Source of the DNA: Octopus sinensis
Taxonomy: Eukaryota
Reading direction: 5' to 3'
Length of the DNA: 64,000 nt
NCBI RefSeq assembly: GCF_006345805.1
Contig: NC_043003.1
Span: forward strand, 97,712,001-97,776,000
The position numbers were made by a program, and so were the translations under genes. Positions within the stretch are counted from its first letter, which is position 1, and every line of letters starts with the position of its first letter. Below, piece after piece: positions 11,957 through 24,460 of the stretch. Under the pieces are notes generated by a model. It was given only the letters and a program-made list of their open reading frames with translations, ran no database searches and was not told the DNA's origin.

Positions 11957-12762
11957 GAAATGATAATCTTCCGAAGTCAGCAAGTCAATGTTGAATCACC
12001 CAAGGCTATTATTCCTGTACCAAAGACCACAAACGAAGAATTCCAACCAAAAGCGAAAGTTGCCAAATTGAAACCAGAGAAATCGGTCAAACCTCAAGCA
12101 CCAGTAGCTGTACAAGTAAAATCTTCACCTTCACAACCACAACTACCACCAGCAAAACCCATGGTTAAAAATGCCAAAATAACTGATAACCGGACCAAAG
12201 CGGCAAAGGCACAGATAGCAGCTCAAGCAGCACGGGCAGCTCAAGCGGCTCAAGCAGCCCTAGCTGCAGCAACAGCAAAAAGAGTGGCAATAGAGTCAGA
12301 CGATGAGTCAGAGGAGGAAGACGATGGGGAAGAAGGTGCAGAGTCAGAAGAGGGGGAAGAGGGCAGCAGTGAAGCTGGGGAAGAGAGCAGTGAGGAAGAA
12401 GAGGAGGAAGAAGGGGAAGAGTCAGAGGGAATGGCGGAGGCAGTAGTAGTTAAGGGCAAGGCGCAATGCAAGGACAGTGTTACCATCAATGCTGACAACA
12501 ACGACGACGATGAAGACGACGACGATGATGGTGATGAGGATGATGATGATGAGGAGGAGGAGGAGGAGAGGAGGAAGAGGAGGAAAATGACAACAATAAT
12601 GACAACGAGGATAATGATGATGAGGGGGGTGATGGTGGTAATAATGCAGGTGCCGTAGATGACGATAAAGATGATAGCAGTGATGATGATGATGATGATG
12701 ATGACGATGATGATGATGATGACGACGATGACGATGACGATGAGGAGGAAGAAGACGAATAA
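11957..12762 (+). CDS. HMGB: HMGB-family protein, last coding exon: K/P/A-rich extension plus bipartite acidic tail. As assembled it stops at 12658; with a 1-nt frameshift repaired at ~12569 it stops at TAA 12760-12762
   Basis: TTGCAG acceptor ending 11956, in-frame EMIIFRSQQ...AKRVAIESDDESEEE...; after GAGAG at ~12566-12570 the D/E/N codons continue in the shifted frame to ...DEEEEDE*. Confidence 0.85.
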
Positions 12763-13556
12763 TGCAATACAATTTGAGAGGCAAAAAGTGGTTTTTTTAA
12801 AAATATTTTTTAATGGCTTAGTGAGAAGGGGCAAAAGGCAGCCCCTGCGGTCCATTTGGGCTTCTGACTGGTGGCAGGAAGGGTGGACATTATGCTCAAA
12901 ACCAGACATCTGTCCCAAATGCTTATAACAGAATGGACTCTGCTCAAACCATCTGATGGCCTGTTGAGGTTGGTAAACAAGTCGATGTATTAAGTCTACC
13001 AAAATCGTCCTACTCTATCGAGATCATGTACACATTGCATTTATTTATTAAAAAAAATACAAAAAAATACAAGTACCAAAAATGCTATAAAAGAAAATGT
13101 TTTTTTAGACTTTTTATTTATTTTTTGTTTTATAGGGTCTTGTTTGCTTTTCTTTTATTTTTGTTATTATCATTACTTTGGGCATAGGTGCAGGCATGGC
13201 TGTGTGGTTAAGAAGTTCAGTTCTCAACCATGTGGTTTTGGGTTCTGTCCTACTGAACATCACCTTGGGCAAATATCTTCTACAATTGCCCTGAGTCAAC
13301 TAAAGCTTTGTGAGTGTATTTGGTTGATACTCGAACCCACAAGAGTAAACAAGAGAGAGGGAAACAGGCAGAAACAAGAAAAATGTATTTTGTATTTGAG
13401 CATTGTGCAAACATTCTTTTAAAAAAACTTTTCTTTTAATTTTTACAAAATTTAATTGTTTTCCATACTTACAGTTGAAAAATCTCAATGACTGAAACCG
13501 GTACTGAAATGTTTTTTATAAAATTATTTTAGCATTTTCTATCTTGACTTTTTTTC

Positions 13557-13920
13557 TCCATATATATATATATAAACGGCAAAATGTCTGTCTGTATGTG
13601 TGTCCTTTATTCAAATCCACAATTTTTCAGTTAGAGAGCTCACACTTTCTATGGTCATTCAAAACCGTCCAAGGGTGGTCGTGCACATCTTTACATTTCC
13701 CCAGTCACCCCGCAAAGCCATTAAAAAATCAGTAGAAGTGACTTTTTTGTGAATTTTTTATCCAAAACCCAATCAAAATACCCAAAACTTGATACGCCAA
13801 ATGAATGCCAGCTAGCTGTATGTGATTGGTCAGAGATTTGGACAGTACTTGTGTGCATGCACACAGCTGTATATGCATGCACTAGCACTATGACCTGACA
13901 ATGCCGGGACATAGTGCTAG
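13557..13920 (+). mobile_element. Non-autonomous Helitron-like element
   Basis: 5' (T)C-(TA)n-AAACGGCAAAATGTCTGTC; 3' hairpin GCACTATG...CATAGTG followed by CTAG|T at 13917-13921. Confidence 0.6.
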
Positions 13921-13924
13921 TATT

Positions 13925-13957
<33 letters not shown>

Positions 13958-14468
13958 ATATGTGTGTATGTGTATATATATATATACAGATGCATGTATA
14001 TATAAGATGGACTCTCTCGTCGAAAACAACACTGAGTGTTCACCTTTTGCCAAATGACCTGCACAAATGATTTGTTTACTGTGATCAAATGGTCATGCCA
14101 TACATTAGCTCACTCTCTATCAAATCGATACTGTCTGAACAGGTGCACAGTGTAACACATGAGGTGTTGAAGTGATCCCACATCACATCAAAGCAGAATT
14201 CATGATGAAATTTTAGCGGTGATCGGTGATCATCTCTTCTCTTTGATTATCTGCAAATACAGTGTTTACTTTTTTTTTAAGGAAGTAAGCTTTGAGGAAG
14301 ATTTGGCTGCTGTTTCTAGTTAGTCAAGTGACAGCACAGGTTCCCCCCATAGGTGCTTTGGTGGTAGCTAATAGCTGATCAAACATTGTTCCACAAACCC
14401 ACAAGTTGTGAATCCCTTAATTTGAGTCAGGAAAGCCACTGACGAGAGATTTTATATGATCACACAAT

Positions 14469-14875
14469 AGGTGCAGGCATGGCTGTGTGGTAAGAAACTT
14501 ACTTCCCAACAACATGGTTCCGGGTTCAGTTCCACTGTGTGGCACCTTTAACAAATGTCTTCTACTATAGCCTTGGGCCAACCAAAGCCTTGTGAGTGGA
14601 TTTTTGGTATACAGAAACTGAGTGAAGCTTGTTGTGCATGTGTGTGTGTGCGTGTGTATGTTTGTGTCTGTGTTTGTCCCCTACCACCACTTGACAATCA
14701 GTGTTGGTGTGTTTGCATTTATGTAAGCTAGCAGTTCGGCAAAAGCGACCAATAAAATAAGTGCTAGGCATTAAAATAAAAAACAAAGTCTTAGGGTTGA
14801 TTTAAAACCCTTCAAGGTTGTGCCCCAGATTGGCCACAGTCAGATGACTGAAACAAGTAAAAGGTAAAAGTTAAG
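14469..14875 (+). mobile_element. Family-A SINE, diverged full-length copy
   Basis: Both arms and (GTAAAAG)n tail; left-arm-only copies at ~10503-10660 and 13185-13330. Confidence 0.75.
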
Positions 14876-15359
14876 AATAAAAATAGAAACAGTGGCCAAA
14901 TATCCCTCAAATTCCATACTTCTGTCTTGAGAAAGGAAGAGATGGTGTGGTTACCCCTGGAATGTTTTTGGTCCTGAGCCTATTCAGTCAGGGCTAATCT
15001 GGGGTTAAACAACAGCGCATCACCTCCCACCAGGTAATGTCTTTGGTAAATCAGTTCTAGAAGTAAGTATCAATTTGTATCAATGGGAAGAACTGGTGGA
15101 ACTGAACTCTGTACTGCTGGTCTTACAAATCACTCACTGCCTGACTGGCCCTTGTGCCGGTGGCATGTAAAAACACCCACTACACTATCAGAGTGGTTGG
15201 CGTTAGGAAGGGTATCCAGCTATAGGAACTCTGCTAGATCAGATTGGAGCTTGGTGCAGCCATCTGGTTCGCCAGTCTTCACTCAAATCGTCCAACCCAT
15301 GCCAACATGGAAAACGGACGTTAAACGATGATGATGTCGTTGTCACTGCTTAGAATGCT

Positions 15360-16660
15360 TGCAATCTGTGTGGACTTGATCATTTCAAAGTTGTCTTGGT
15401 CATCAAAACTACCCAGTTTTCTTAAATGCCTATGCTGTCATGTTATTTATCAAGAAAGTAGTACAATGAGGTGCCATACCCATTAACTGGCATAGCAGTA
15501 TCATCATCAACAACTGGGTCAAAATACAAGGGCAAAAGAGATACTCTAGAAAGAGGCCACAGTAGAAGTATCAAACTGATGGGCTAAGTTATGAAAGTAA
15601 CAGAAAGAGTTTTTAGCAACAATTGATTAGGAAAAGAATTAGCTTGGATGAAATACAATTTGGATTTGTGCCTTGACAGGTTATGTCTGATGCCCTCTTC
15701 CTAGTGGACAGCTATAAGAGAAATTCTTAGCTGAGTGCAAGCCACTATATCAATTGTTCATTGATCTGGAGAAAGCCTTTGACTGGGTGCCATGTTCTGT
15801 AGTCTGGTAGTCTTTAAGAAAGCTAGGTGTAGATGAATAGTTTGTGGTAGCTGTGCAAGCCTTGCACATTGTTGTTATCAGCAAGATGAGAACTCAATGA
15901 GGAATTTAGTGTGCAGGTAGGTGTCTAATCAAGACTTGGGTCTCAGCCCTTTCCTGTTTATTATACTTCTCAAGGCCATAACATGAGTTTAAGATCGAGT
16001 GATGACAGGTCAGCTCTCATAGTGGAATACTTCAAAGATATAGAAAATTTCTTCTCTAAAATCAAGATGTCTGAGAGTAGACCTAGCAAAGTCAAAAGTT
16101 ATAACAGGAAAAAAAAACAAAAAAAACAAGAATCTACTACCATTTGGAATATAGATATGCTCGATATGCAGTAGTAGATGATGTAAGTAGGAATTCTGCA
16201 CAGGGTACAGGGTATGCAATATAAACAATGTGTAGACATGTGATGTAATTGAAACTCAGGCAAACTAACAAAGAAGAAAACTGTCAAATGCACAAAAGTA
16301 GCTTGTCATAAGAGCACCCTCGAAATTCTAATATTTGGGAAGTAGTTGATAACTTCTATTACCTATATGATCTAATTTGCAATAGAAGTGGAAACTTTGT
16401 AACAGTAGCCAGAATACAGAATAGAATGGGAACTCTTCTCTTATGGCAAAAAGGAGTTCTGTCTTCAAATGCAAGATAGAGTGTATGATGTGTACTGTTG
16501 CATGTTATGCTGCTTGGTAGCAAAATATGGGCATTGAATGTGAAGATTGTGCAAAGCTTGAAAAGAAATGAAAGAAGTAAGATAAGATAAAACTTTAAAT
16601 TTGCAAGCTCTATGCAATAAATTTATCCCAGAGAGAAGGATCAATATATGCAAAAACATT
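15360..16660 (+). pseudogene. Heavily decayed RTE-type reverse transcriptase relic
   Basis: Scattered RT motifs: QFGFVP..., FIDLEKAFD.VP, V.VGV.Q..VLSP.LFI, YL.DLI, KGRVYD.CV...MLLGS. Confidence 0.6.
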
Positions 16661-17494
16661 TTTTGAGATAGAAGTCTATGAGATGAAGAATAAAGATCTC
16701 AAGATGTTGAAGGCAGCAAGGAATCCCATTTAAAACATGGAAAGCAAGCTCAAACTCTCTCAAGAAAGTGCAGGAAGAAAAGTCACAGTTGTAGAAAATA
16801 CAAAACTGAAACTCAGATTCTATGAATTTGCAAAATTAATTATATTATGAAGTGGCAACCGTCGATTACATTGACATAAAAGGGTGATGTAATATCAGCC
16901 AGAAATGAAATGTGTTTAAACTCAGCAACACAACCTGATGGCTTCCCTGAGATTCTTTTAAAGACATAAGAAGACTCCAGCAAAACTACCATGTATTTTG
17001 TAGAGCTTTGCTGTAAATGGTAAACTCACCCCAAAATGAAAGAAAATATAATATACTCATAAAAGAGCAAGCAAAGTTGTGGATGCAATTCTTCAAACTA
17101 ACCCCTTCTTCCCTTTCTCTTATTTTGTTATTGACCCCAGGTTAATGTTGAATGAACTGATATAAAGCCAAAAATGTGTACTGTTTCCTCTCCCACAGTA
17201 CATTAACATCACTTTTTTTTCCTTGCTTTTACTATTTTAATCATTGCTGTTATAAACCATCTCTAATCTCTTTGAATTTTAGGGATTATATTATTGTGAA
17301 GTATATTTTCCACATAAATGTGGCTAACCCCTAAGGGTGGATGCTACTGTAGCTTGTAGTTCCAGGAGGACACCTCCTCCAGCTAACTATTGACATACTT
17401 TCTATGCCCTATCAGTATTTGCAAAGGGAAGCCATCCTTCCTGTCTTCAATCTATGATACACACGGACTCAAGTTTCTGGGTATTGACCCGTCA

Positions 17495-18106
17495 TCAGCG
17501 TGAGTGAAAGGTAGATTGTGCGAACTGCCATGCTTCACAGCAGTGAAACATGGGCTGTGACTGCAGAGGACATGCATAGGCTCGAAAGAAATGAGGCTAG
17601 CATGGTCCGCTAGATGTGTAATGTCAGTGTGCACGCACGACAGAGTGTAAGTGCCCTGAGAGAAATGTTGGACATAAGAAGCATTGGATATGGCGTGCAG
17701 GAGAGACGTTTGTGTTGGTATGGTCATGTACTATGGATGGATGAGGAGAGATGTGTGAAGTGCCACTCCCAAACAGTTGAAGGAATCCAGGGTAGAGGTA
17801 GACCTAGGAAGACATGGGATGAGGTGGTCAAGCATGACCTTCGAACGTTGGGCCTCACAGAAGCAATGTCGAAAGATCGAGACCTCTGGAAATATGCTGT
17901 GACTGCAAAGACTCAACAAATGAAGTGAGTTCATGGCTCACAGGACGGCCTGCTGTGCTTACCTCAGATCGTAGGGCAACCTGCTGTGCTTGAGGAGACC
18001 TATTGAGTCATCAACATCAAAATAAAGATCAAATGGAAATTGTAGTTGTAATACCTATGCCGGTGGCACGTAAAAAGCACCATCTGAATGTGGCCAATGC
18101 CAGTGC
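17495..18106 (+). mobile_element. RTE LINE 3' end (ORF C-terminus running into the family-C 3' UTR)
   Basis: RRLCWYGHVLWMDEERCVK...GRGRPRKTWDEVVKHDLRTLGL...DRDLWK, then GCCGGTGGCACGTAAAAAGCACC. Confidence 0.85.
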
Positions 18107-18620
18107 TGCGGTGTCATATGAAAATGTCCCTAAGAAACAGATTGGGTTTATTTACTCTTTAGTGTCCACCCATAATTATGACCCTAGTATTGATATATTG
18201 CATTTCAATCTGTTTTAGGGTTAGGGTTAGGGGTGGAGTGGGGAGGGTTAGTTAGGGTAAGGGTTAAGGTTAGGGTTAGGGGTGGGGAGGGTTAGGGGTG
18301 GGGGAGGGTATCTTTTTTTCTTCAGAAATGTAAATAAACCCAATCTGTTTCTTAGGGACATTTCATATGACACCGCAAAAAATTGCTGTTGACGGACTTC
18401 GGCAAATATTGTTTTCACCTCAATAGACGTCATTGATTGCTTGAAATTGCCGAAATGCGAGAAATTAAAGACCAAATATCTTACAAACCACAGAATTTTC
18501 TCAAGAAAGCCAAGAGAAAAAGATGTTTTATAAACACATTCTACCAGTATACGAAGTTTAAAATCTTTTAGTTACATAGAAATTATTAAAAAAAACTGCC
18601 ATTCAAACCGAAAAGATCCG
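18107..18620. mobile_element. DNA-type element with ~48-bp inverted repeats around a telomere-like G-rich core
   Basis: Inverted repeats at 18107-18155 and 18330-18377; core 18217-18308 of GGGTTA/GGGGT repeats. Confidence 0.7.
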
Positions 18621-18740
18621 AGGGCATTACTATACATAAATGCCACACGCTAGGAGGGACTCTTAAAGTCAAAACGATCAAAATAAATAAACACGTTTAT
18701 TTATTTTGGTAGTTTTGATTTTAAGAGTCCCTCCAAGCGT

Positions 18741-18889
18741 AGGAGTGGTTGTGTGGAAAGTAGCTTGCTTACCAACCACATGGTTCCGGGTTCTGTCTCA
18801 CTGCGTGGCAAGTGTCTTCTACTATAGCCTCGGGCCGACCAAAGCTTTGTGAGTGGATTTGGTAGACGGAAACTGAAAGAAGCACGTCG

Positions 18890-18929
<40 letters not shown>

Positions 18930-18997
18930 TTATATAGAAGGAGCTTCTACAGGACTAGAACTGTTTCATGTGGTTAACCCCGAATCAACCCGGGACC

Positions 18998-19047
<50 letters not shown>

Positions 19048-19390
19048 TATATAATATATATATATATAGCATAATTAAATCTCAGAATGAGATTATATAT
19101 AATTAAATTTTATATAATTATATAATTAAATCTCAGAATGCGATTATATATATATTTATATATATGTATGTGTGTGTAAATGTTTATGTCTTTGTTTGCC
19201 TCCCAACATCGCTTGACAACCGATGCTGGTGTGTTTACGTCCCCCGTAACTTAGCGGTTCGGCAAAATAGACCGATAGAATAAGTACCAGGCTTACAAAG
19301 AATAAGTCCCGGGGTCGACTTGCTCGACTAAAGACAGTGCTCCAGCATGGCCACAGTCAAATGACCGAAACAAGTAAACGAGTAAAGGAG
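18741..19390 (+). mobile_element. Family-A SINE with expanded, interrupted (TA)n spacer
   Basis: Left arm 18741-18890, right arm ~19180-19390. Confidence 0.8.
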
Positions 19391-19499
19391 TATACAGATA
19401 ATGGATAATTTATAGTGAAAGTTAGCAAAGCCACAACTAGTCGAATGATAAACAAACTGGGTTTTTTTTTTTTTGATATTATGCATTAGTTACGTCCGG

Positions 19500-19615
19500 T
19501 AGCCTCGCTATCGAGCATAATGGCGTATTAGTGAAAATGTAAAAATAAAAATAATAATAATATAAGAGGAAATCTTTATTTATTCGACTTCTACAAAAAT
19601 TACCGAACAGTAAGT
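19500..19615 (+). promoter_or_regulatory. Candidate EXOC1 promoter / non-coding first exon with donor GTAAGT at 19610
   Basis: Non-repetitive CpG-retaining patch (TACGTCCGGTAGCCTCGCTATCGAGC), YY1-like AATGGCG at 19519-19525, consensus donor at 19610-19615. The first EXOC1 coding exon has only 2 nt before its ATG, so an upstream UTR exon must exist. Confidence 0.45.
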
Positions 19616-20222
19616 CTGAGCCGTCTTTTTCATTATCTCTGCATTAGTTAATCTAATATTTTATGATTTGAGTCACAAATATTAATAAAACATTTCCTTC
19701 GCTTGATGTAGCTTATAAAGGATTTGTCGTCTGAATATTTTGGACAAATTTCTTAAATCTTATTTAAATATTATGCATTATATTTGGTAAATTTCTACAA
19801 TTACACCCTAAAAATTAACCTTATATTTATATATCTATGATATTAATGATAGGCTAATATATATTTCAGCGGTGTAATTACACAAACATTTGCAAGTGAA
19901 GGTGTGTAAATAAAGCACCTCTATTCTCCTAGACAGGATCATCCTCGGCTAAGTACGGCCCCTCCCACAGATCTAGTAACTACGTTACCGTTGTTTAATT
20001 AACCCTTAGTCAATCCCGTATCGAGCAACTCTGTGACCGTGACCATCCCGACCTTCTTCAGAACCTCATTACCAAACATGTTCTTCTTTTTAAGCGGAGT
20101 AGACTGTAATTTAGGAGAGAGAATAGGCTGCTATTTCTCGCGAATCGACCATTAACTCGGCGATTTGAGACTTGAGTTATGGGCAGGAATTAGTCATTCA
20201 AGTCTGGTTTATTTCTCTAATG

Positions 20223-20486
20223 CAGTGTTTCTCAACCATTTCTTTTTGGTACCTATGTACCCCTTTATTCCTACTTTGCTTTATTAGACCCCTTCCAGTT
20301 GCCATACGATGTTTAAAAAATCCTGTTATGTTTTCATAATTAAATATTATTAGAAATTGTATTGTAAGAATTGTTAAAATATTTTGTATATTGTAGAACC
20401 AATTTATTGCACATAAATGTTAATAAGATCTTATAAATCTTGTATGGATCCCCAAGGGTCGTATGGACCCCGGGTGAGAACCATTG
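20223..20486. mobile_element. hAT-type MITE
   Basis: TIRs CAGTGTTTCTCAACC / GGTGAGAACCATTG; 8-bp TSD CTCTAATG (20215-20222) and CTGTAATG (20487-20494). Confidence 0.8.
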
Positions 20487-20695
20487 CTGTAATGTACCCA
20501 AGATGTGAATAGAATTATGATAGAAATAATGCCACCTTTTAAGTTTTCCGTTGTCTTCTGTCACCTCTAGCAACTCAGATATTTTCAGTTTATTAAAAAA
20601 GGAGAGTATTAAGTGACGTTTAACGAACGTCAATGTTAGGAACCTCAACATATCAACATGTTTTTATTTTGAAACTCAGCATCTTTATACATATA

Positions 20696-21094
20696 CTAGC
20701 AGTATCGCCCGGCGATGCTCGGGTTTGTAAGGGAAATAACTATATAAGCATTTTTAGAGAGTTATAGCCAAAAATTAGCAAAAAAATGCATTAAAAATGG
20801 AAAAAAAATGATGGTAAATCTTTTAAAAAATCGTTCATTCATCGTAGACATTTTTAGAGAGTTACTTCCCTTATATAATAGCGACAAAATGCATTAAAAT
20901 GGAAAAAAAATGATGGTAATTTTTTTTCAAAATCGTAGACTCATCGTAGACGCGCGCTAATACCCAGAAGGGCTCGATATGAATCACGACTATAAGATAC
21001 CCGGTTTTGGTTAAACTGCACCGCAAAATGTGGGAGTAGTTAGGAATCTAAATTGTAGGAGACAGACACACAACCTCAATTTTATATATAAAGA
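20696..21094 (-). mobile_element. Non-autonomous Helitron
   Basis: On the minus strand: A|TC 5' end at 21094, 3' GC hairpin (CCCG...CGGG, 20708-20723), CTAG|T 3' end at 20696. Confidence 0.85.
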
Positions 21095-22305
21095 TATTGC
21101 TTTCAAATTTTGGCACAAAGCCAGCAATTTCAGGGGTGGGGGTAAGTCGATTACATCGACCCTAGTACTCAACTGGTTCTTATCGACCATGGAAGGATGG
21201 AAGACAAAGTCGACCTAGGCGGATTTTGATCTCAGAACGTAAAGACAGACGAAATGCTGCTAAGCATTTTGCCTGGCGTGCTAACGATTCTGCCAGCTCA
21301 ACATTGTTTCCCCCCACCCACTTATCCAAATAATAATGAAATAACAAACAGTCATTGCATCTTGTAATATACTTCTCCCCTTTTCTCCATTTATGATAAC
21401 ATACTTGGGATTCTGGCTGTGACCAAAAACAAAAACAAAAAAAACATTTGTAAGCCATTCGATTAGATCGACTCCAGTACGCAACTGGTACTTAATTTAT
21501 CGACCCCGAAAGGATGAAAGGCAAAGTCGAAATTCCGCCAAGTTCGACTTTGACTTTCATTTTTCGAGGTTGGTAAATTAAGTACCAGTTGCGCACTGGA
21601 GTCAATCTAATCGACTGGCTCCCTCCTCCCAAAAACTTTCGGGCCTTGTGCCTAGAGTAGAAAAGAATAGAGTAAAATCTATTGATTTCTCACTTGATTG
21701 TACAGTACTCTATCAACTCAGCTATTTCTGCTCTCAGAAATAAGTTATGGAAGAATTGTCAAGTTGTTAAGATTTCTTTGATGAAGTATGAAATTGTTAT
21801 CGCAGGTATTTTGAGATGATGAGATGATTGTTATGGCATATTTTGAGGTCAAAAAAGAAAGGAGCCATTCTTCAGGCTTAGGAGGAAGGATAGTAGTAGT
21901 GTCAGTCAGCAGAATCTTGCAGATTGAAACTGTCTGGAAGCCCTACATCTATGGCCTACCCAGCCTCTTGATGCCCTTTCACCTATTTGTCGCTTTTCTC
22001 TCACTCAGTACCTATTCTCTCACCTTGCATTCTCTACCATGCTGCCAGTGTAACTAAGGATACTAGTGAATCTCTTCTTTTCACTGTACCATACTTTCAC
22101 TCTTGTTGAGATGTCATTGGACCTGTCCACCCCTCCCACCTTTCTGACACTTACCCTCTTTTCTGGCACTGTGCATGCTGCCCATCTAAAAACAGCTGAC
22201 TACAATCCTGTCTATACCTTATACACCTAATCACCACCTATTTTTTTGTGTTACCAGTCAACATAATCTCTCTCTTTTTCTCTCAGTCCTCATCTTAATC
22301 ATTCT

Positions 22306-22680
22306 GAGTGGCTGTGTGGTAAGTAGCTTGTTTACCAACCACATGGTTCTGGGTTCAGTCCCACTGCGTGGCACCTTGGGCAAGTGTCTTCTACTGTAGC
22401 CTCGGGCCGACCAAAGCCTTATGAGTGGATTTGGTAGACGGAAACTGAAAGAAGCCCGTCGTATATATGTATATATATACTATATATATGCATGTGTGTG
22501 TTTGTGTGTCTGTGTTTGTCCCCCTAGCATTGCTTGACAACTGATGCTGGTGTGTTTATGTCCCCGTTACTTAGCGGTTCGGCAAAGAGACTGATAGAAT
22601 AAGTACTGGGCTTACAAAAAGAATAAGTCCCGGGGTCGATTTGCTCAAATAACTGAAACAAGTAAAAGAGTAAAAGAGTA
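22306..22680 (+). mobile_element. Family-A SINE, full length
   Basis: A/B boxes, (TA)n/(TG)n spacer, right arm, (GTAAAAGA)n tail. Confidence 0.85.
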
Positions 22681-23829
22681 TGTTCATGTTCCCTTCTCCC
22701 ACTCAAGCTGGTTTTCTCCTGTTATCACTCTATTTGTTGTTTGCACTCTTGATCATTTTACCCTGAGCAAACAGACACAGCTTAAACTTGTGAGGGCTCC
22801 TTTAATTTTATAAGGTAGCAGGTAATCTCACTATTATTGGTGCCATGATTAAACTCACCCAGTAAACACTGGTTACAAAGTAGCTAGTAATTGAGCAGAA
22901 TCAACATAAAGGACCCATTAGTCTTGTCAAGGATATGACAACCTTTCTCATGCTAGTGCCATGATAAAATGCAACCAGTACATTGTGTAATGTGTTTGAT
23001 ATTTCAAAGGGCATTCAGCTATAGAAACCAAGCTAAAAATGAAATGTACAAGCAAGATGTGGTCCTCTACTCATCTAGGAGGGCAGTAATTTTTAATAAG
23101 AACTGACACAAAGCATAAGTCATCTGATTCATGATAGCTTTAAAAGCAAGTGTACCAATGATGATGAATATATGTATGTATATAAGGCAATGGATTGCCA
23201 AAACTGCTAGTGCGTTGAACACACCTTGCAGGGCCAGTCTAGGGAGGTGGATTGGCAGAATTCGTTAAAGCTTTGTAAACAAAATGCTTTGTGGTATTTG
23301 TTTTGAAATTTTTTTAGTCTGAATTTGTCTGCAATGACATTGGGGTCAAGCTTGCGAGGCTCTTGAACAATGTTAGTGATATGAAGATAGGGAGACTTGC
23401 TGCTTGGACAACTGCCGGTCTTCTACAAAACAACTTTCCCCTGGTGAAGGACTGCCTAGGTGCAGATACTTGATTAACCATGACTGACTGAGGACTAGTG
23501 TGTGTGATCATCATCATCATCATCATCATCATCATTTAACGTCTGTTTTCTGTGTTGGTAAGGGTTGGCTGGCTTGACAGGAGCTGGCAAGGCCAGGGCT
23601 GGCACCAGGTTTCATGGTCTGTTTTGGCGTAGTTTCCACAGTTGGATGCTCTTCCTAATGCCAACCACTTTACAGAATGTACTGGGTGTTTTTTATGTGA
23701 CACCATCACCAGTGCCTTTTTATGAGGCACCAGCATCAACACCAATGCTTTTTATGTGACACCTTAGTTTTAGGATACCAATTCTGTTTTGGTGGGCCGG
23801 CCTTTATGAGTACAATACTGCACCATATA

Positions 23830-24375
23830 TATTGGTCCTCTGTTATTTCCTTTGTAAAGTGCAGTGTTTTGAGATCTGCCTTCAATACTTTGTCGCATGT
23901 TTTCCTACGTGTCCCTCTTTCACAACTTTTCTCTGTAAGTGATCAGCACTTCTTTTGTCCTCATCCATTTGCATCACATGACCAAACCAGTGCAGTCTCC
24001 TCTCTTGTACACTGCATATAATTCTTATACCTAACTATTCTCTCAATACACCAGTGCTCTGTCATATATGTACACTGACATTGTATATCCAGCATGCCAG
24101 CTTTATTCCTCTCTAGTCTTCACATGCCTCTGCATTTAGGGTCCATGTCTCACTACCGTGTAGCATTGCAGTTCATACACATGCATCGTACAACTCTTCC
24201 TTTCACTCAGAGAGAGAGAGAGAGAGAGAGAGAACTTTGGTTGCCAATAATGGTAAAAGCTCTCTGAAGTTTTTTCCATCCTATATTTATTCTGGCAATT
24301 ACACCACTACTACTTAGGTCATGTAGGTAGCAGAAATTATCTGCTATTTCCAGAGAGTCTCTGGGACATTTGACG
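23830..24375 (-). mobile_element. RTE LINE relic (C-terminal ORF part)
   Basis: Minus-strand ARINIGWKKL..., LYDACV...MLHGSETW-like and GRRRKTC motifs. Confidence 0.65.
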
Positions 24376-24414
24376 AAATCAGTTTCCCTTGTGTCAGTAA
24401 ACACACATATATAT

Positions 24415-24460
<46 letters not shown>

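Noticed and set aside
12250-13002. Minus-strand 250-aa, 120-aa and 93-aa ORFs
   Set aside because: Antisense shadows of the acidic-tail trinucleotide repeats of HMGB.
18217-18308. Telomeric repeat as a chromosome end or fusion scar
   Set aside because: Short, degenerate and enclosed in a repeat element with inverted repeats.
22306-22380. tRNA-like A/B boxes at many sites
   Set aside because: They are SINE heads; no complete cloverleaf with acceptor stem and terminator was seen, so no tRNA gene is called.
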